A stretch of 63,899 nucleotides of DNA, the filler included, from Chiloscyllium plagiosum (Eukaryota), in the NCBI RefSeq assembly GCF_004010195.1. It is 5 parts of one record of this genome, joined end to end, with 100 filler letters (N's around TTAATTAATTAA, not from the genome) between each part and the next. Parts side by side here need not be neighbours in the genome. Positions count along the whole stretch, not along the records: positions 21,474 to 47,738 come from NC_057712.1; 4 more parts are not named here. The stretch is one strand, 5' to 3'. Shown in pieces: positions 23,215 to 35,777 of the stretch. Below the pieces are notes generated by a model that saw nothing but the letters and a program-made list of their open reading frames with translations, had not been told where the DNA came from and did no database searches. The number at the start of each line of letters is the position of its first letter. The first letter of the stretch is position 1. Both the position numbers and the translations under genes were made by a program.

Positions 23215-24362
23215 AGTCATAGAGATGTACAGCATGGAAATAGACCCTTCGGTCCAACCCGTCCATGCCAACTAGATATCCCAACCCAATCTAGACCCAC
23301 CTGCCAGCACCCGGCCCATATCCCTCCAAACCCTTCCTATTCATATACCCAACCAAATGCCTCTTAAATGTTGCAATTATACCAGACTCCACCACATCCT
23401 CTGGCAGCTCATTCCATACACGTACTACCCTCTGCGTGAAAATGTTGCCCCTTAGGTCTCTTTTATATCTTTCCCCTCTCACCCTAAACCTATGCCCTCT
23501 AGTTCTGGACTCCCTGACCCCAGTGAAAAGACCTTGTCTATTTATCCTATCCATGCCCCTCAATTTTGTAAACCTCTATAAGGTCACCCCTCAGCCTCCG
23601 ACGCTCCAGGGAAAACAGCCCCAGCCTGTTCAGCCTCTCCCTGTAGCTCAGATCCTCCAACCCTGGCAACATCCTTGTAAATCTTTTCTGAACCCTTTCA
23701 AGTTTCACAACATCTTTCCGATAGGAAGGAGACCAGAATTGCACGCAATACTCCAACAGTGGCCTAACCAATGCCCTATACAGCTGCAACATGACCTCCC
23801 AACTCCTGTACTCAATACTCTGACCAATAAAGGAAAGCATACCAAACGCCGCCTTCACTATCCTATCTACCTGCGACTCCACTTTCAAGGAGCTATGAAC
23901 CTGCAATCCAAGGTCTCTTTGTTCAGCAACACGCCCTTGGACCTTACATTAAGTGTATAAGTCCTGCTAAGATTTGCTTTCCCAAAATGCAGCACCACAC
24001 ATTTATCTAAATTAAACTCTATCTGCAAGTCCTTAGCCCATTGGCCCACCTGATCAAGATCACGTTGTAATCTGAGGTAACCTTCTTCGTTGTCCACTAC
24101 ATGTCCAATTTTGGTGTCATCTGCAAACTTAATAACTATACCTCTTATGCTCACACCCAAATCATTTATATAAATGATGAAAAGTAATGACCCAGCACCA
24201 GTCCTTCTGGCACTCCACTGGTCACAGGCCTCCAGTCTGAAAAACAACCCTCCACCATCAGCCTCTGTCTTCTACCTTTGAGCCAATTCTGGATCCAAAT
24301 GTTCTCCCTCTATTCCACGAGATCTAACCTTGCTAACCAGTCTCCCATGGGGAACCTTGTCA
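23215..24362 (-). mobile_element. HER1/CR1 LINE 3' 1.15 kb (RT domain)
   Basis: LLFIIYINDL...KFADDTKIG, and MLQLYRALVRPLLEYCVQFWSP. Canonical 3' tail. Confidence 0.9.
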
Positions 24363-24859
24363 CATAGAGAGTGAAGTGACACCACATTTTCCTAAAATTC
24401 ATTTGGTTTCCTTTGGGATTTGTCCAGAAATTAGCATTCATCTTTTTCATTTGCACCAAGTTTATATTTAAATATATAATAAGATTTTAAAATACTTTGG
24501 ATATAATTAAAAATAACCTTTATTTCAGGTCTAGTTGCCTTCCTTAAGCATAAGCTAACCCTGAAACATGTGAATCTCGAATTGATTTGCTCCCAGAACA
24601 GTTCTAATGGAAACGTCAGTTCTCTAGACTTTATCAGGCAGTATTCGGTACAAAACCCAACTGCGGAAACTAAGAAGGTGGGTGCAGCATTCACCTCTGT
24701 TGGCTTGAGAGAACCAGGTTAAAATTCCCAATTTCAACAATTTTCCTTAGGGTGATCTGGAAGTTTTGGCAGTGATGATGCATTGTGCTCTGGTCAGGAA
24801 TTTCACACATCATTTGGGACAAATTTGCTTACTTGATTGAGACCCCATTCATCATCTTA

Positions 24860-25230
24860 ATTATTCAGTCCCTACACCACCAGCAGACCATGGTATGGAC
24901 CATCTACAAAATGCACTGCAGCAAGTTGCCAAAGCTTCTTCATTAATATCTCCAAAACCAGTGAACTTTATCACCAAGTAAATCAAAGGAGGTAGATAGA
25001 GGAGAACATTGCCACCTCCAAGATGCACACCTTCCTAACTTAGAAATATATTGTGTTTCTTAATTATCACTTAGTCAAAATTCAGGAGCTCTGCTTAATA
25101 GCAGTATGACAGTATTTTCAAAGCACTGCTTGTGGCTGAAAAGACAGCTCACCATCAACATCCTAAGATTAACCAGGATTTGGAAGTAAAAGTAGGACAT
25201 GCAACATTGCTAATATCCCATGAAAAATAC
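24860..25230 (+). mobile_element. Second LINE family 3' end (decayed)
   Basis: Reverse-orientation homolog of 56005-56390 (accatctacaaaatgcactgcagcaa). Confidence 0.55.
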
Positions 25231-25257
25231 CAGCTCACATTGGGGTAGGTCTTTAAG

Positions 25258-25612
25258 GGGTGATGTAATGGTAATACCAACACAAATTGTAATCCTCAGG
25301 ATAATGTTTTAGAGACTTGGGTTTGAATCCCACCATGGCAGATAATTTGAATCCAATTTCAAAAAAAGTCTGGAATTAAAAGCTGGTCGATATTGTAAAT
25401 ACCCATCTGGTTCATTAATACCGTTTAGGGAGGGAAATCCGTTACCTTTATCTGGTCTGGCCCACATGTGACCACAAACCAAGCAAGTGGTTGACCCTTA
25501 ACTGACTCTGAACTGGCCCTACAGATCAGGTAGTTCAAGTAGAAGTTAGGGATGGCAAATAATTACTGGCCTGGTCAGCATCATTTATAGTCCAAGAACA
25601 AATAGAAACAAA
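25258..25612 (+). mobile_element. tRNA-headed SINE whose 3' tail resembles the second LINE family
   Basis: Box B-like gggtttgaatccc, and core acccatctggttca.taat..c.tttagggagggaaat. Related copies on the minus strand at 54752-55025 and ~27680-27850. Confidence 0.55.
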
Positions 25613-26486
25613 ACTTAAGGATCTGCTGAAGTACACAATTGACAAAGCTATACAATTAATTAATAAAATATATTCCACAATTATAGTCACCATTGCAAGA
25701 TACCACCATCATACAAAGGTGAAAAAAATTACTTTGCAATTTAAAACACCAACTAAAGACAGATCCAGGCACATTGTACATCAAAGTAAAAGAAATGAAT
25801 CCCTAGAGCTCTTGACCAGAAACAGCAAGTGACAACTCTTTTAATTTGCCTTGATAAGCCTTAATCCCAACCTTATCAATGGCACCCCTACTGTATCAGC
25901 ATTACACTTCCGTCTCTAACAGCTGCCACTTTAATGACACCTCTAAATTAAGATTGCCAATTTGTGTCAAATCACTAGCAACTGTGTTTCATGGGCTCAC
26001 ACTTGTTGATCTGAACATGGACAGGGTCATTTTATGTAAGACTCTTTACAACCAGCTGAAATTTGAAAATTTTGACATGTCAGCCTAGGCTGGGTTGAAA
26101 CTCTGATTCCAGAAGAATAAGATAATTTCGCAACTTTGAACAAAATAATGAGATATTTTACAAGTATATCAAGAAAAATGGAAAGCTGTGGTGCGCCATT
26201 AGAGGTTAGACAGGACAATACCACAGGTTAACATGGAAGAGATGGCAGAAATAAGTGTTTTGGTTCGATTTGTACCAGATTGAAAAGGTAAACATGACTT
26301 TGAATGATGAGCTGAATAATGGGATAAGAACATTTGAAATAAAGGTGGTGATGTATTGAATGAACTAAACAAACTCAAAAAGGATAAAGACACTGATCTA
26401 GATTTTATCCACATATTTTAAAGAATTTAGGGAACTGATGCCAGAGACATTAATACTCATATTTAAGATTTCATTAGACAAAGATA

Positions 26487-26782
26487 CGGTGGCAGCACGG
26501 TGGCACAGTGGTTAGCACTGCTGCCTTACAGCGCCAGAAACCCGGGTTCAATTCCCGCCTCAGGTGACTGTGTGGAGTTTGCACGTTCTCCCCGTGTCTG
26601 CGTGGGTTTCCTCCGGGTGCTCCGGGTTCCTCCCACAGTCCAAAAATGTGCAGGTTAGGTGAATTGGCCATGCTAAATTGCCTGTAGCGTTAGGTAAGGG
26701 GTAAATGTAGGAGAATGGGTCTGGGTGGGTTGCGGGTCGGAGGGCCTGTTTCCACACTGTAAGTAATCTAATCTAATCTAAT
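26487..26782 (+). mobile_element. HE1-type V-SINE (young)
   Basis: Box A TGGCACAGTGGTTAGC, box B GGTTCAATTCC, intact V-core and a (TCTAA)n tail. Confidence 0.9.
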
Positions 26783-26981
26783 TCAGCAGGTATAAAGGGA
26801 AAGGTAAAGTTGCCATAGTCTTAAGAGACCACAGGGCTGCTCTCTCATTTCAGAGGGATGACGAGTAGTGTTTTAACCTGTGTGGAGAGGTTGAGAAGGT
26901 GAGTCATTCATGTAGTGCCAAAAGACTAGCAGATGGCTAATGTAATTTCTATATTTAAGGATCAGAACTGGAAATATCCAG

Positions 26982-27196
26982 TTAAAAATCACACAACAGC
27001 AGGTTATAGTCCAACAGGTTTAATTAGAAGCACACTAGCTTTTGGAGCGACGCTCCTTCATCAGGGATTCAATCACCTGATGAAGGAGCGTCGCTCCAAA
27101 AGCTAGTGCTTCCAAATAAACCTGTTGGACTATAACCTGGTGTTGTGTGATTTTTAACTTTGTACACCCCAGTCCAACACCGGCATCTCCAAATCA
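26982..27196. mobile_element. Fold-back PLE-terminus element (family B) with a perfect 13-bp TSD
   Basis: Arms 26981-27065 and 27076-27158 are near-perfect reverse complements. TGGAAATATCCAG at 26969-26981 and 27197-27209. Core CAC CTGATGA A GGAGCG T CGCTCC AAAA GCTA GTG. Confidence 0.88.
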
Positions 27197-27854
27197 TGGA
27201 AATATCCAGGGAACCATAGACAAGTCAGCTTAACATTAATGGAAGGAAAATAATGAATCCATACTAGAGGACGGAATAGAAAAAAATGATAAATTAGAAA
27301 GATAATAATAGACTGTGCAAATGGATTTCAAAAGGCAAAATCTTGCTTGATCAACCTTAATGGATTTTTTGTGAAAGTAACAAACCAAGTAGACAATGAC
27401 AATGCCTTACAACGGATATAATTTATATTGATTTAAAAAATTCTTTCATAAGGTGGCCCACAAGAAAAAGGGACAAAGAAGACAGAGTAAGATCAAATGG
27501 AAGAAAGAATGTTTGGTTTTAAGATGGAAAGTAGAGAATGGAAGCAGAAAATGGGATTAATTAGCAATTACTTGGAGTAGAATAGGGGAGTGTTACATCG
27601 TGGAATGTGTGCATTGCTAGCAATTCCAATATTTGTTATTTAACTTTGGTTGCTCTTAAACTGAATGGTTTGCTAGACTATAGCAGAGGGTAGTTAATAA
27701 ATTTAATTACATTGCTGTGGGTCTGAAGTTGCATATAGGTCACACCAGATAAAGGTGGTAAATTTCCTTCCCTGAAGGACATTAGCAAACAAAATTAATT
27801 TTTACAACAATTTTAAGCAGTTTCATGCTTTCAATTCCACATTTTATTAAACAG

Positions 27855-28303
27855 TCATAGAGTTGTATAGAATTGTCTGAAACAGACCCTTCAATCCAAC
27901 TCGTCCATGCTGACCAGATATCCTAAATTAATCTGGTCCCATTTGCCAGCATTTGGCCCATATCTCTCTAAAGCCTTCCTATTCATATACCCATTCAAAT
28001 GCCTTTTAAATGCTGTAATTGTACCAGTCTCCACCAATTCCTCTGGGAACTCATTCCACACATGCACCACTCTGTGTGAAAACATTGCCCCTTAGGTCCC
28101 TTTTAAATCTTTCCCCTCTCACCCTAAACTTATACCCTCAAGTTCTGGATTCCCCTAGCCCAGGGAAAAGACCTTGTCTACCTACCCTATCCGTGCCCCT
28201 CATGATCTTAAACTTCTGTAAGATCACCCCTCAGCTTCCAATGCTCCAGGGAAAATAGCCCAAGCCTATTCAGCCTCTCCCTATAGCTCAAACCCTTCAA
28301 CCT
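27855..28303 (-). mobile_element. HER1/CR1 LINE 3' fragment
   Basis: FSHRVVHVWNEFPEELVETGTITAFKRHL, with the 3' tail at the left end. Confidence 0.85.
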
Positions 28304-28323
28304 GTTATTAATTAACCCATGTC

Positions 28324-28687
28324 GAGGTTTACAAAATTATGAGGGGCATGGACAGGATAAATAGACAAAGTATTTTCCCTGGGGTCGGGGAGTCCAGAAC
28401 TAGAGGGCATAGGTTTAGGATGAGAGGGAAAAGATATAAAAGAGTCCTAAGGGGCAACCTTTTCACACAGCAGGTAGTACAGGTATGGAATGAGCTGCCA
28501 GAGGATGTGGTGGAAGTTGGTACAATTGCAACATTTAAGAGGCATTTGGATGGGTACATGAATAGGAAGGGTTTGGAGGAATATGGGCCAGGTGCTGGCA
28601 GGTGGGACTAGATTGGGTTGGGATATCTGTTCAGCATGGACAGGTTGGACCGAAGGGTCTGTTTCCATGCTGTACATCTCTATGACC
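28324..28687 (+). mobile_element. HER1/CR1 LINE 3' fragment (inverted relative to its neighbour)
   Basis: MRGMDRINRQSIFPGVGESRTRGHRF...WNELPEDVV, with the 3' tail at the right end. Confidence 0.88.
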
Positions 28688-29044
28688 CTAAGACACTAGT
28701 TTGGGCCTCTGCATTACTAGTCTACATTTCCACTGTACCATCATTATTCCCTCCATGAGGGCAACCATTGTTCACAATTTCCATTTAACAATTTGGGCTT
28801 TGAAATCAAAGAAACAATTTCTAAATTCCAACCAACCAATACTAAATTTGGGAGAATAATCACAACCATTGTGAATGATTGCAACAAATTACAGAAAATA
28901 TTAATGTAATTGAAGCAAGGGTAAATACTTATTAAATAAAGTTTAATGCAAATAAATATGAGATAGTATATTTTGATAACAAAAATAGAAAGTCACTTAT
29001 TACTTGCAAGGTACAGTCCAATCTCGGTGAGTATTTTGAAACCA

Positions 29045-29972
29045 ATTTTGCCCCATCAAACTTGGGCCCCAAACTTTTTACTACAATCAGGGATAACTGA
29101 ACCAACTGCTTCTCATAAGAGACCAGAACTGAAGTTGTACAATTAATGTGTAAAGGTTCCCTGGTATAGGGTCTCAGTCCAGTCGAGGTTTTACACAAAC
29201 CTAAGGGTTGGAGTCCAGAATGAATTTTTTAAAAGACTAATAATACAGCCACACTGATGTCAACCTCCATTAGAACAAACTGAACATTCACTGGATATTT
29301 ATTTTGATAGATTCCGATTTGAATATCACTAAGCAATTTAACTGCTCCAAACCTGATGCATGACTTTCCAGGGTGTGTACTCTCCTGGATACCAGCCAAT
29401 GGGTTCTCTTACTCAATTTAGGTCTAGTAGGTCTCTTTTGTTGTTTTGAGACCACATACTGGCACCTTGCTGGCCCTGATCTTGACTTTTTTTTAAACCA
29501 TTTGGCTGAGGCTTGGCTTTGTTTTGGAGTTTTACTGCGGGCTGACCTAGAGTTCCACTGTCCAGGATATGTTCCAAGTTAGGCTGTGTAATGCCTTCAC
29601 TCAAGTGATGTTCCTAAACTCAGTCAGATTGGCGATGGTGTCCACTTCCATCAGAACACCCTGCTCCACTTTCCAATGATAAAGCCAGTCGTAGTGCCTG
29701 TTTGAAGTCCAGTTGGGATATTAATCTCACTCTTGTCGCCACTGAAATAACTACAGAGAGGCCAGTATCCCGTCAACCTTTATTTACACTTGGAGAGTCC
29801 TTGACACTGATCCAGCTCCCTCAGAGCTAGCTCTGAGAGTGAACAGGATGTCAGACACTCCTGTTTTTATCTGTCAGCCAGGCTTCCTGATTGGAGGCAG
29901 ATTAATTGCCCCAAATCAGGGAAGACATATTGTATGAAGTCCACCTGGCTGACCATGTGGAAAATTTCTATA
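29045..29972 (-). mobile_element. Gypsy-like LTR retrotransposon relic: 5' LTR (29743-29972), PBS (29732-29741), protease remnant
   Basis: On the minus strand the LTR has CCAAT, GATAAAAA and AATAAA and ends ...TTTCA, followed by g TGGCGACAAG (PBS-like). Downstream are LMEVDISVAV (DTG-like protease motif) and LRPYTREPL...VSYEKQLVQLSLIVVKSLGP. Confidence 0.7.
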
Positions 29973-31084
29973 GTCTTCACCTAAAGCTAGGTTAGATTGT
30001 GGGACTTCCTCCCACATTCCAGGGGCGAGTCGGTTGAAGTAAATATCATGACCACATTTAAGGGGAAACTTGATAGGCACGAGTCATAAAGGAATGGGTG
30101 GTCAAATGGCAATATTGGATGAGAGGAGATGGGGACAGGGGATGCATGAGTGCAGCATAAAAATCTGTATGGGCTGATTATGCTGTACAGCCTATTTCTA
30201 TGCCATATAATGAAAGAAAATATACTTTAAACAGTGAAATAAGTCACTGAGTCAACATAATGAATTCTTTGGCTCTCCAGATTATAAACCAGAATGGAAT
30301 AACTCTGGAAATAGGCATTTTATTTACTGGATGGTAAAATATTTTTCAAAATCAGTCAGTCATGGTAATGTACAGAAGTCCATTTTCCTTGAAGTTGCAA
30401 AGTGAGTACATAAAATTCATGTGTTTCTTTTTAAAACAGCTGATTGTTTAGAACAGGTGAAAATATAAACTATAGATTTTTTTAAATGTTGAAAATTTCA
30501 GTATTTGCCACTAAACCAGCTCCTCCAGGCACAGGCCCTACATAGATCAAAGCCTGGCACTGTCCTGTAAAACTTAAGATTTAGTTTTGTACTTGGAAGA
30601 TTTGAGTGTCAAAACAGCTACTAAAATTAAATTTGACATTTTGTAACTATGTTTGAGTAAGCATATTTGGAGCTTGGATCAGCTGAAATCCAAACTTTGA
30701 AAATGCTGCATGCTCAGTCTGATTAATGGGCTGCAAAATGAACTGCTACAAATTAAACACAGCTCCAGTGTTGGGGTCAATGGAATAATGAGCCCTCCAC
30801 CCTCAAAAGGGCTCTGCTTTACACAGTGAACTCACCCCCACCAAACTCGCCCTCTCCCACTTGCTGTGGGCATGCTATTGACCCTGAACGTTTCAGCAAC
30901 TTACAAAAACAATTCCTTTTGCCTAGCTCTTCCCTTCTCAGCATCTCTCTCTTTCTTGTTCAGTGATAACGTCTGTCACATCTCAGTTGGAAAGTTATGG
31001 ATTTAAGCCTTAGTCCCGAGACTCAGTGCAAATTCAGTTTCATTCTTCAGTGCATTGCTGAGGCAGTGTGTTTCAGTTTGGCTA

Positions 31085-33250
31085 TTCTTGGGAATGTGGG
31101 CATCATGAGTTAGGCCAGCGTTTATTGCCCATCCTAGTGGCCGAGGTGGTGGTGAGCTGTCTTCTTGAACCGCTGCAGGTCATGTCCTGCAGTTAGCCCC
31201 ACAATGTCATTAGGGAGGGAATTCCAGGATTTTAACCAAACAACACTGAGGGAATGGTTATACGTTTCCAAGTCAGAATGGTGAATGGCTTGGAGGGGAA
31301 CTTGCAGGTGGTGGTGTTCCCATGTATCTGAGCCCTTATCCTTTCAGATAGAAGTGGTCATGGGTATGGAAGGTGCTGTCTAAGGACCTTTAGTAAATTT
31401 TTGCAGTACATCTTGTAGATGACATATACTGCTACTATAGAATGTCACTGGTGGAGGGTATGAATGTTTGTGGATATGGTGCAAATCAAACGTGCTGCAT
31501 TTTTCCTGGATAATGTCAAGTGTTGAGTGTTTTTGGAGCTGCACTTATGCAATGCAGGAAAATGCGGAGTGGTCCATCACACTCCTGACTTATGTTTTGT
31601 TGATAGTGGACAGGGTTTGGGGAGTCAGGTGATGAGTTACTCACTAGTTTCTGATCAGCTCTTGTAGCCACTGTGTTAGTAAGGCTTGTTCAGTTTAGAT
31701 TCTGGTCAAATGGTGGCACCAGAATGTGGATATTTGGGGAATTCAGAGATGGTAATTGGATTGACCGCTGGGAGGATGGTTAGATTGCCTCTGGTTGGAA
31801 ATAGTCATTGCCTGGCATTTGAACAGTGAATATGTTACTTTCAACTATTCAGCCCATATTTGGATATCATTCAGGTCTTACTGTACTTACAGTAAGATGA
31901 CATCTGAGATGTCACGAATGACACTGAACTTCATGCAATTGTTGAACATCTCCACTTCTGACTCTATGATGGAGTGAAGATCATTGATAAAGCAAGTGGA
32001 GATGGCTTAGCCTCAGATACTACAGGTAGACAACCCTTTATCCAAAATCCTGAAATCTGAAAAGTTCTAAAGTCTGAAGATTTTTTGTGAAGTTTTTTTT
32101 CTCATTAACAAGGTTGTTTAACATGCAAACAGTTAACCCAAGTCGATACCGACTCTATGCGTGTCACTCAGATGCAGCACAGAGAGGTGTGGCCTAGCAC
32201 TGGCAGGCTTTAATTCTGTCTCCAAGGCGCAACTTACTCAGTGAGTCTGTTCCTCAGTGAAGACTTTTTAAAATTTCACCACCAAACTGCCTCATATTCC
32301 GAAATTCGAAAAATTCTGAATTCTGAAAACCAGCTGGTCCCGAGCATTTCGGATAAGGGATTGCGCACCTGTACCCTGAGGGACTCCGTAGACATGTCCT
32401 TGAGTTGACATGACTGACCTCTAACAACCACAAGCATCTTCCTATGTGCTTTCTGTAACTCCAAGCGCAGATTTCTCTGATTCTCACCGACTCCAGTTTT
32501 GCTAGGGCTCTTTGATGCCATGCTCAGTCAAATGTGCCTTGATGCCAAGCACAGTCACTCTCATTTCACCCATGGAACTAAGCTCTTTTGTACATGTTTA
32601 AACCAAGGTTGTAATGAGGAGAAGAACTGGTTGGTTCTGGCTGAACCCAAACTGAGCTTCAACGAGCAGCTTATTGCTGAGCAGGTGTTGCAATAGCACT
32701 ATTGACGACAACTTCCATTACTTTACCAATGGCAGAGTAGACTGATGGCATGGTAATTGACCTGGTTGGACTTATCCTGCTTTGAGTGTGGCGGATGTAT
32801 CTGACCAATTTTCTACATTGCTGGGCCTGTGTTGTAACTAGACTGCAACAGCTTGGCTAGGGGTGCAGCGGGTTTGGGAGCACAAATCTTCAGAACTATT
32901 GGCAGAATATTATCAAGGCCCATTGCCTTTGCAGTTTCAAGTGTTTCCAACCATTTTGTGGTACCATTTGAAGGAAATTGAACTGATTGAAGACTGGCAT
33001 TTTTGATGCTGGGGACCTCTGGATGAGGCCAAGATGGATCATCCATTTGGTACTTTTGGCTGAAGATTATGCAAATGTTTCAGCTTTTTCTTTTGCATCG
33101 ATCTTCTGGGCTCCCTCATCATTGAGAATGCAAGTATTTATGGAGCCTCCTTCTCTAGTGAGATGTTTAATTATTCACCACCATTCATGACTGGATATGG
33201 ACTGCAGAGCTTACATCTGATCCGTTAGTTGAGGAACTGCTTAATTCTGT
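31085..33250 (-). mobile_element. Second LINE family (CR1/L2 group), ~2 kb decayed RT region
   Basis: WLETLETAKAMGLDNILPIVLKICAPKPAAPLAKLLQSSY (RT N-terminal motif). Colinear with 56005-57751. Confidence 0.75.
32023..32371. mobile_element. Tigger4/Zombi(MER46)-like pogo-family MITE with TA TSD
   Basis: Ends are CAGGTAGACAACCCTTTATCC and (reverse complement) CAGGTGCGCAATCCCTTATCCGAAATGCTCGGGACCAG, with TA on both sides. The empty site acTAccctgagggactcc is visible in the paralogous LINE at ~57260. Confidence 0.8.
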
Positions 33251-34979
33251 CATATGTGCTCAGACAAGTTCAATAAATCCCAAGACATTTCTCTCTCTAT
33301 GTCCTTGCTGACTTGGTATTCTTCATTTAAAAGCAGCTACTATCTATAAATTGGCTGTTGCATCTCAGAGTGACTACACTTCAAAAGTACTAAAGTTGCT
33401 ATAAAGGGTTTTTGGTACATCCTAATGTTTTGAAAGACTCCATGTCATTGCAAGCCTATCATTCTTTTTATTCAGATAATTTTGCCCAAGGTTAACAGAC
33501 ATCAAATTGCAGCAATAGTAAAGCCCGTTATGTTAGCACAGTTACGATCTGCACTCAGATTACCCAAGGATCCAAAGCCACAGTTGCTGCAATTCTCTCT
33601 TAAGCATTCTGAGTCTATGTTTATTTATTTCATAATAGCCTGAAAGCATGCATCCACTTTCCAAAGAAAACATTAACGTTTTGTACCAATTTAGAAAAAA
33701 AACATTAAAATGCAAATTTTTCGCAAAACATTTTAAACCTATTGTTGTTCTTTAGAATTACAAAACAAAGCTCATAAAATTCAAGACTTTTTTTAAAACA
33801 ATGGGAGTTAGAGTTTTCTATTTGTAAACATTCATTTTTTAAAAAAAATACGCTTTTGAAAAAACGATGCATGATGTCTATGTATGGGAGAGCCACTGAA
33901 TGTTCTCTATAGTTAAATGACTCTCTTTAATCACTGGGGTTCAAAGTGGCTCAATTAATTAGAGAAAAACCTTTTTATTGCCTGCTGTCTGTAAGGTTTA
34001 TTCACTAAATGCCACTGAGTAGCATGAAACTAGTTACTAATGAGCCTGAGTACAGGGAAAATGATCTCCTGGTTTAGTAATCTTACTCAGCCAAGATATG
34101 GGAATAACTGATGTGTAAATTGAAATCAGTCAGGTGTTCTTCTCAAATTTGATCGGAGGCATATTGTTAGGCAAGTTAGAGGATGTTCTTCTCAAAATAT
34201 ATCTCTGGTGTTCTTACAATGGAAGCATCTACTTTTGACATCAGGTACTCCAAATAGTCTATTCATCAACTAGCAACATTTGTCACCCTTCACCTTTGTT
34301 AATGCACCATTAAGTTAAAACTGAAAGATTAAAACAGATGTTCATATATTTGATTAGATTCCCTACAGTGTGGAAACTGTAGCTTTAGCTTTATTCAAAA
34401 CCATATTTGCACATATCTAACACATTCCACATCCTTAGGGTGCCGCAAAAAGGTTTATCTACAGTGAAGCATTCAAAGTACCTGACTGAATTTCAGCTCT
34501 CAATTGAGGTGGGCACAAAAAGGGTGTGTGAAAATTAGTGCCTTCAGGTGGTGTGTTGATCTTACTGTTCCTGCTGGCATTTTTCCTTAGTTTGCAGATA
34601 CATGCCACCTGATTTGGAAATAAGGCCAATAATTATCGGCTTACTGTCAGCTCATTGAGGGGCACTTTGGAATTTTGATGAAAACACATTGAGTAAGAGA
34701 CTGTATTGGAGGTGACAACCTAATGGGGATGGTGTTATGGCCTCATCACTAACTTAGCAGGGCTCTTAAAAGGGGGCATAGTGAAGGACTATTGACACAC
34801 AGGTTTTATTGGGTGGTAGAAGTTGTGCTGAGGGTAGTGCCTAGGGGCTTGGACAATGGAAGAGATTGTGACCCTCTCAACTTGGGGTTATAAGAGGAGC
34901 AGGTTAGGATCCAGAAATCATTGAGATCACAGCTAAATGCAAGTAAGGTAACAGTTGAAAACTGGATTACAGTTCTTTG

Positions 34980-35775
34980 ATTTTTGGGCTGAATAGCAAG
35001 GAGAATCAACTTCCTCAGTAACAGAGACAGAGCTCTGGGCATGAGGCAGATGAAGGTCACTGAGATTTAAATCTTTGTCATGGAGGAATTCACAACTTGC
35101 AGTCCTACTTATCACGTCCTGCCAGTAGCTGTCAAACTCACCGAGTCCTTGAGCAACGTCTTTGGCTCCTTTCAAGAATCAGCAATGGACCACTTTATCT
35201 CACAGATCACAATGCCCTACATTTACTGGATAATAAATAACTTTCAAATAGATGGGGCCTTAGAGGCACAAAAGGCAGTGGGTTTTGTCTCCATTACTAC
35301 AATTGCCATATTGCAGGGTATTATCAATTGTGTATGGGTGACTGGCCAGTGAGTTTCATCAATAATTGTAAGTATCTAGCTCCCTCAATGTTCATTTGGC
35401 TTGCAACTGCAGGTGCTTGCCTTTTGGGGCACCATGAGGTGCATGCTCATTGTTCCAGTAGTTGCCATGACTCCTGCATTGTTGGCAGCCCAAAGCATCA
35501 CAGTTCTCCACTCCACCCCCAAATCTTGTGTACGGAAGGTCGCGAACAAAGTTGTTCCTTAAAGAGATGGCGACTCACCTTCTGCCAAGACAGAATCACA
35601 GAGGCATGACAACCAAAGCTATATTTGTTCATAAGGACCACCATTGGGTTGGCCATTGGGCTACTGAATACATGGTTCTGGTGCCTGGACAGGTCAGGTG
35701 GCACCCTATGCACTGTTCCTCATACACGGTGGTGTCATTGCATTCTGCACAGTGACTGTTGCACTCACTATAACA
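34980..35775 (+). pseudogene. Decayed PIF/Harbinger (HARBI1-like DDE) transposase
   Basis: Ordered motifs across frames: HVLPVAVKLT..L..FGSFQ...ISQ, LQGIINC (GAIDC), HAHCSSSCHDSCI (A.YPGSCHD), SLKRWRLT (YPLK.WLLT), RTTIGLAIGLLNTWFWCLDRSGGTL. Confidence 0.7.
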
Positions 35776-35777
35776 TG

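Larger units (their letters stand above)
30960..33468 (+). mobile_element. DeuSINE-like relic split by a LINE insertion (halves ~30960-31080 and ~33270-33468)
   Basis: The 3' half gtgactacacttcaaaagtact...tataaaggg..tggtacatcct...tgaaag...tgcaag resembles DeuSINE 3' ends. The 5' half is a decayed tRNA-like head. Confidence 0.4.

Noticed and set aside
26487..26560. tRNA-like box A/box B sequence
   Set aside because: It is the head of a V-SINE, continuing into the V-core and LINE tail, not a tRNA gene.
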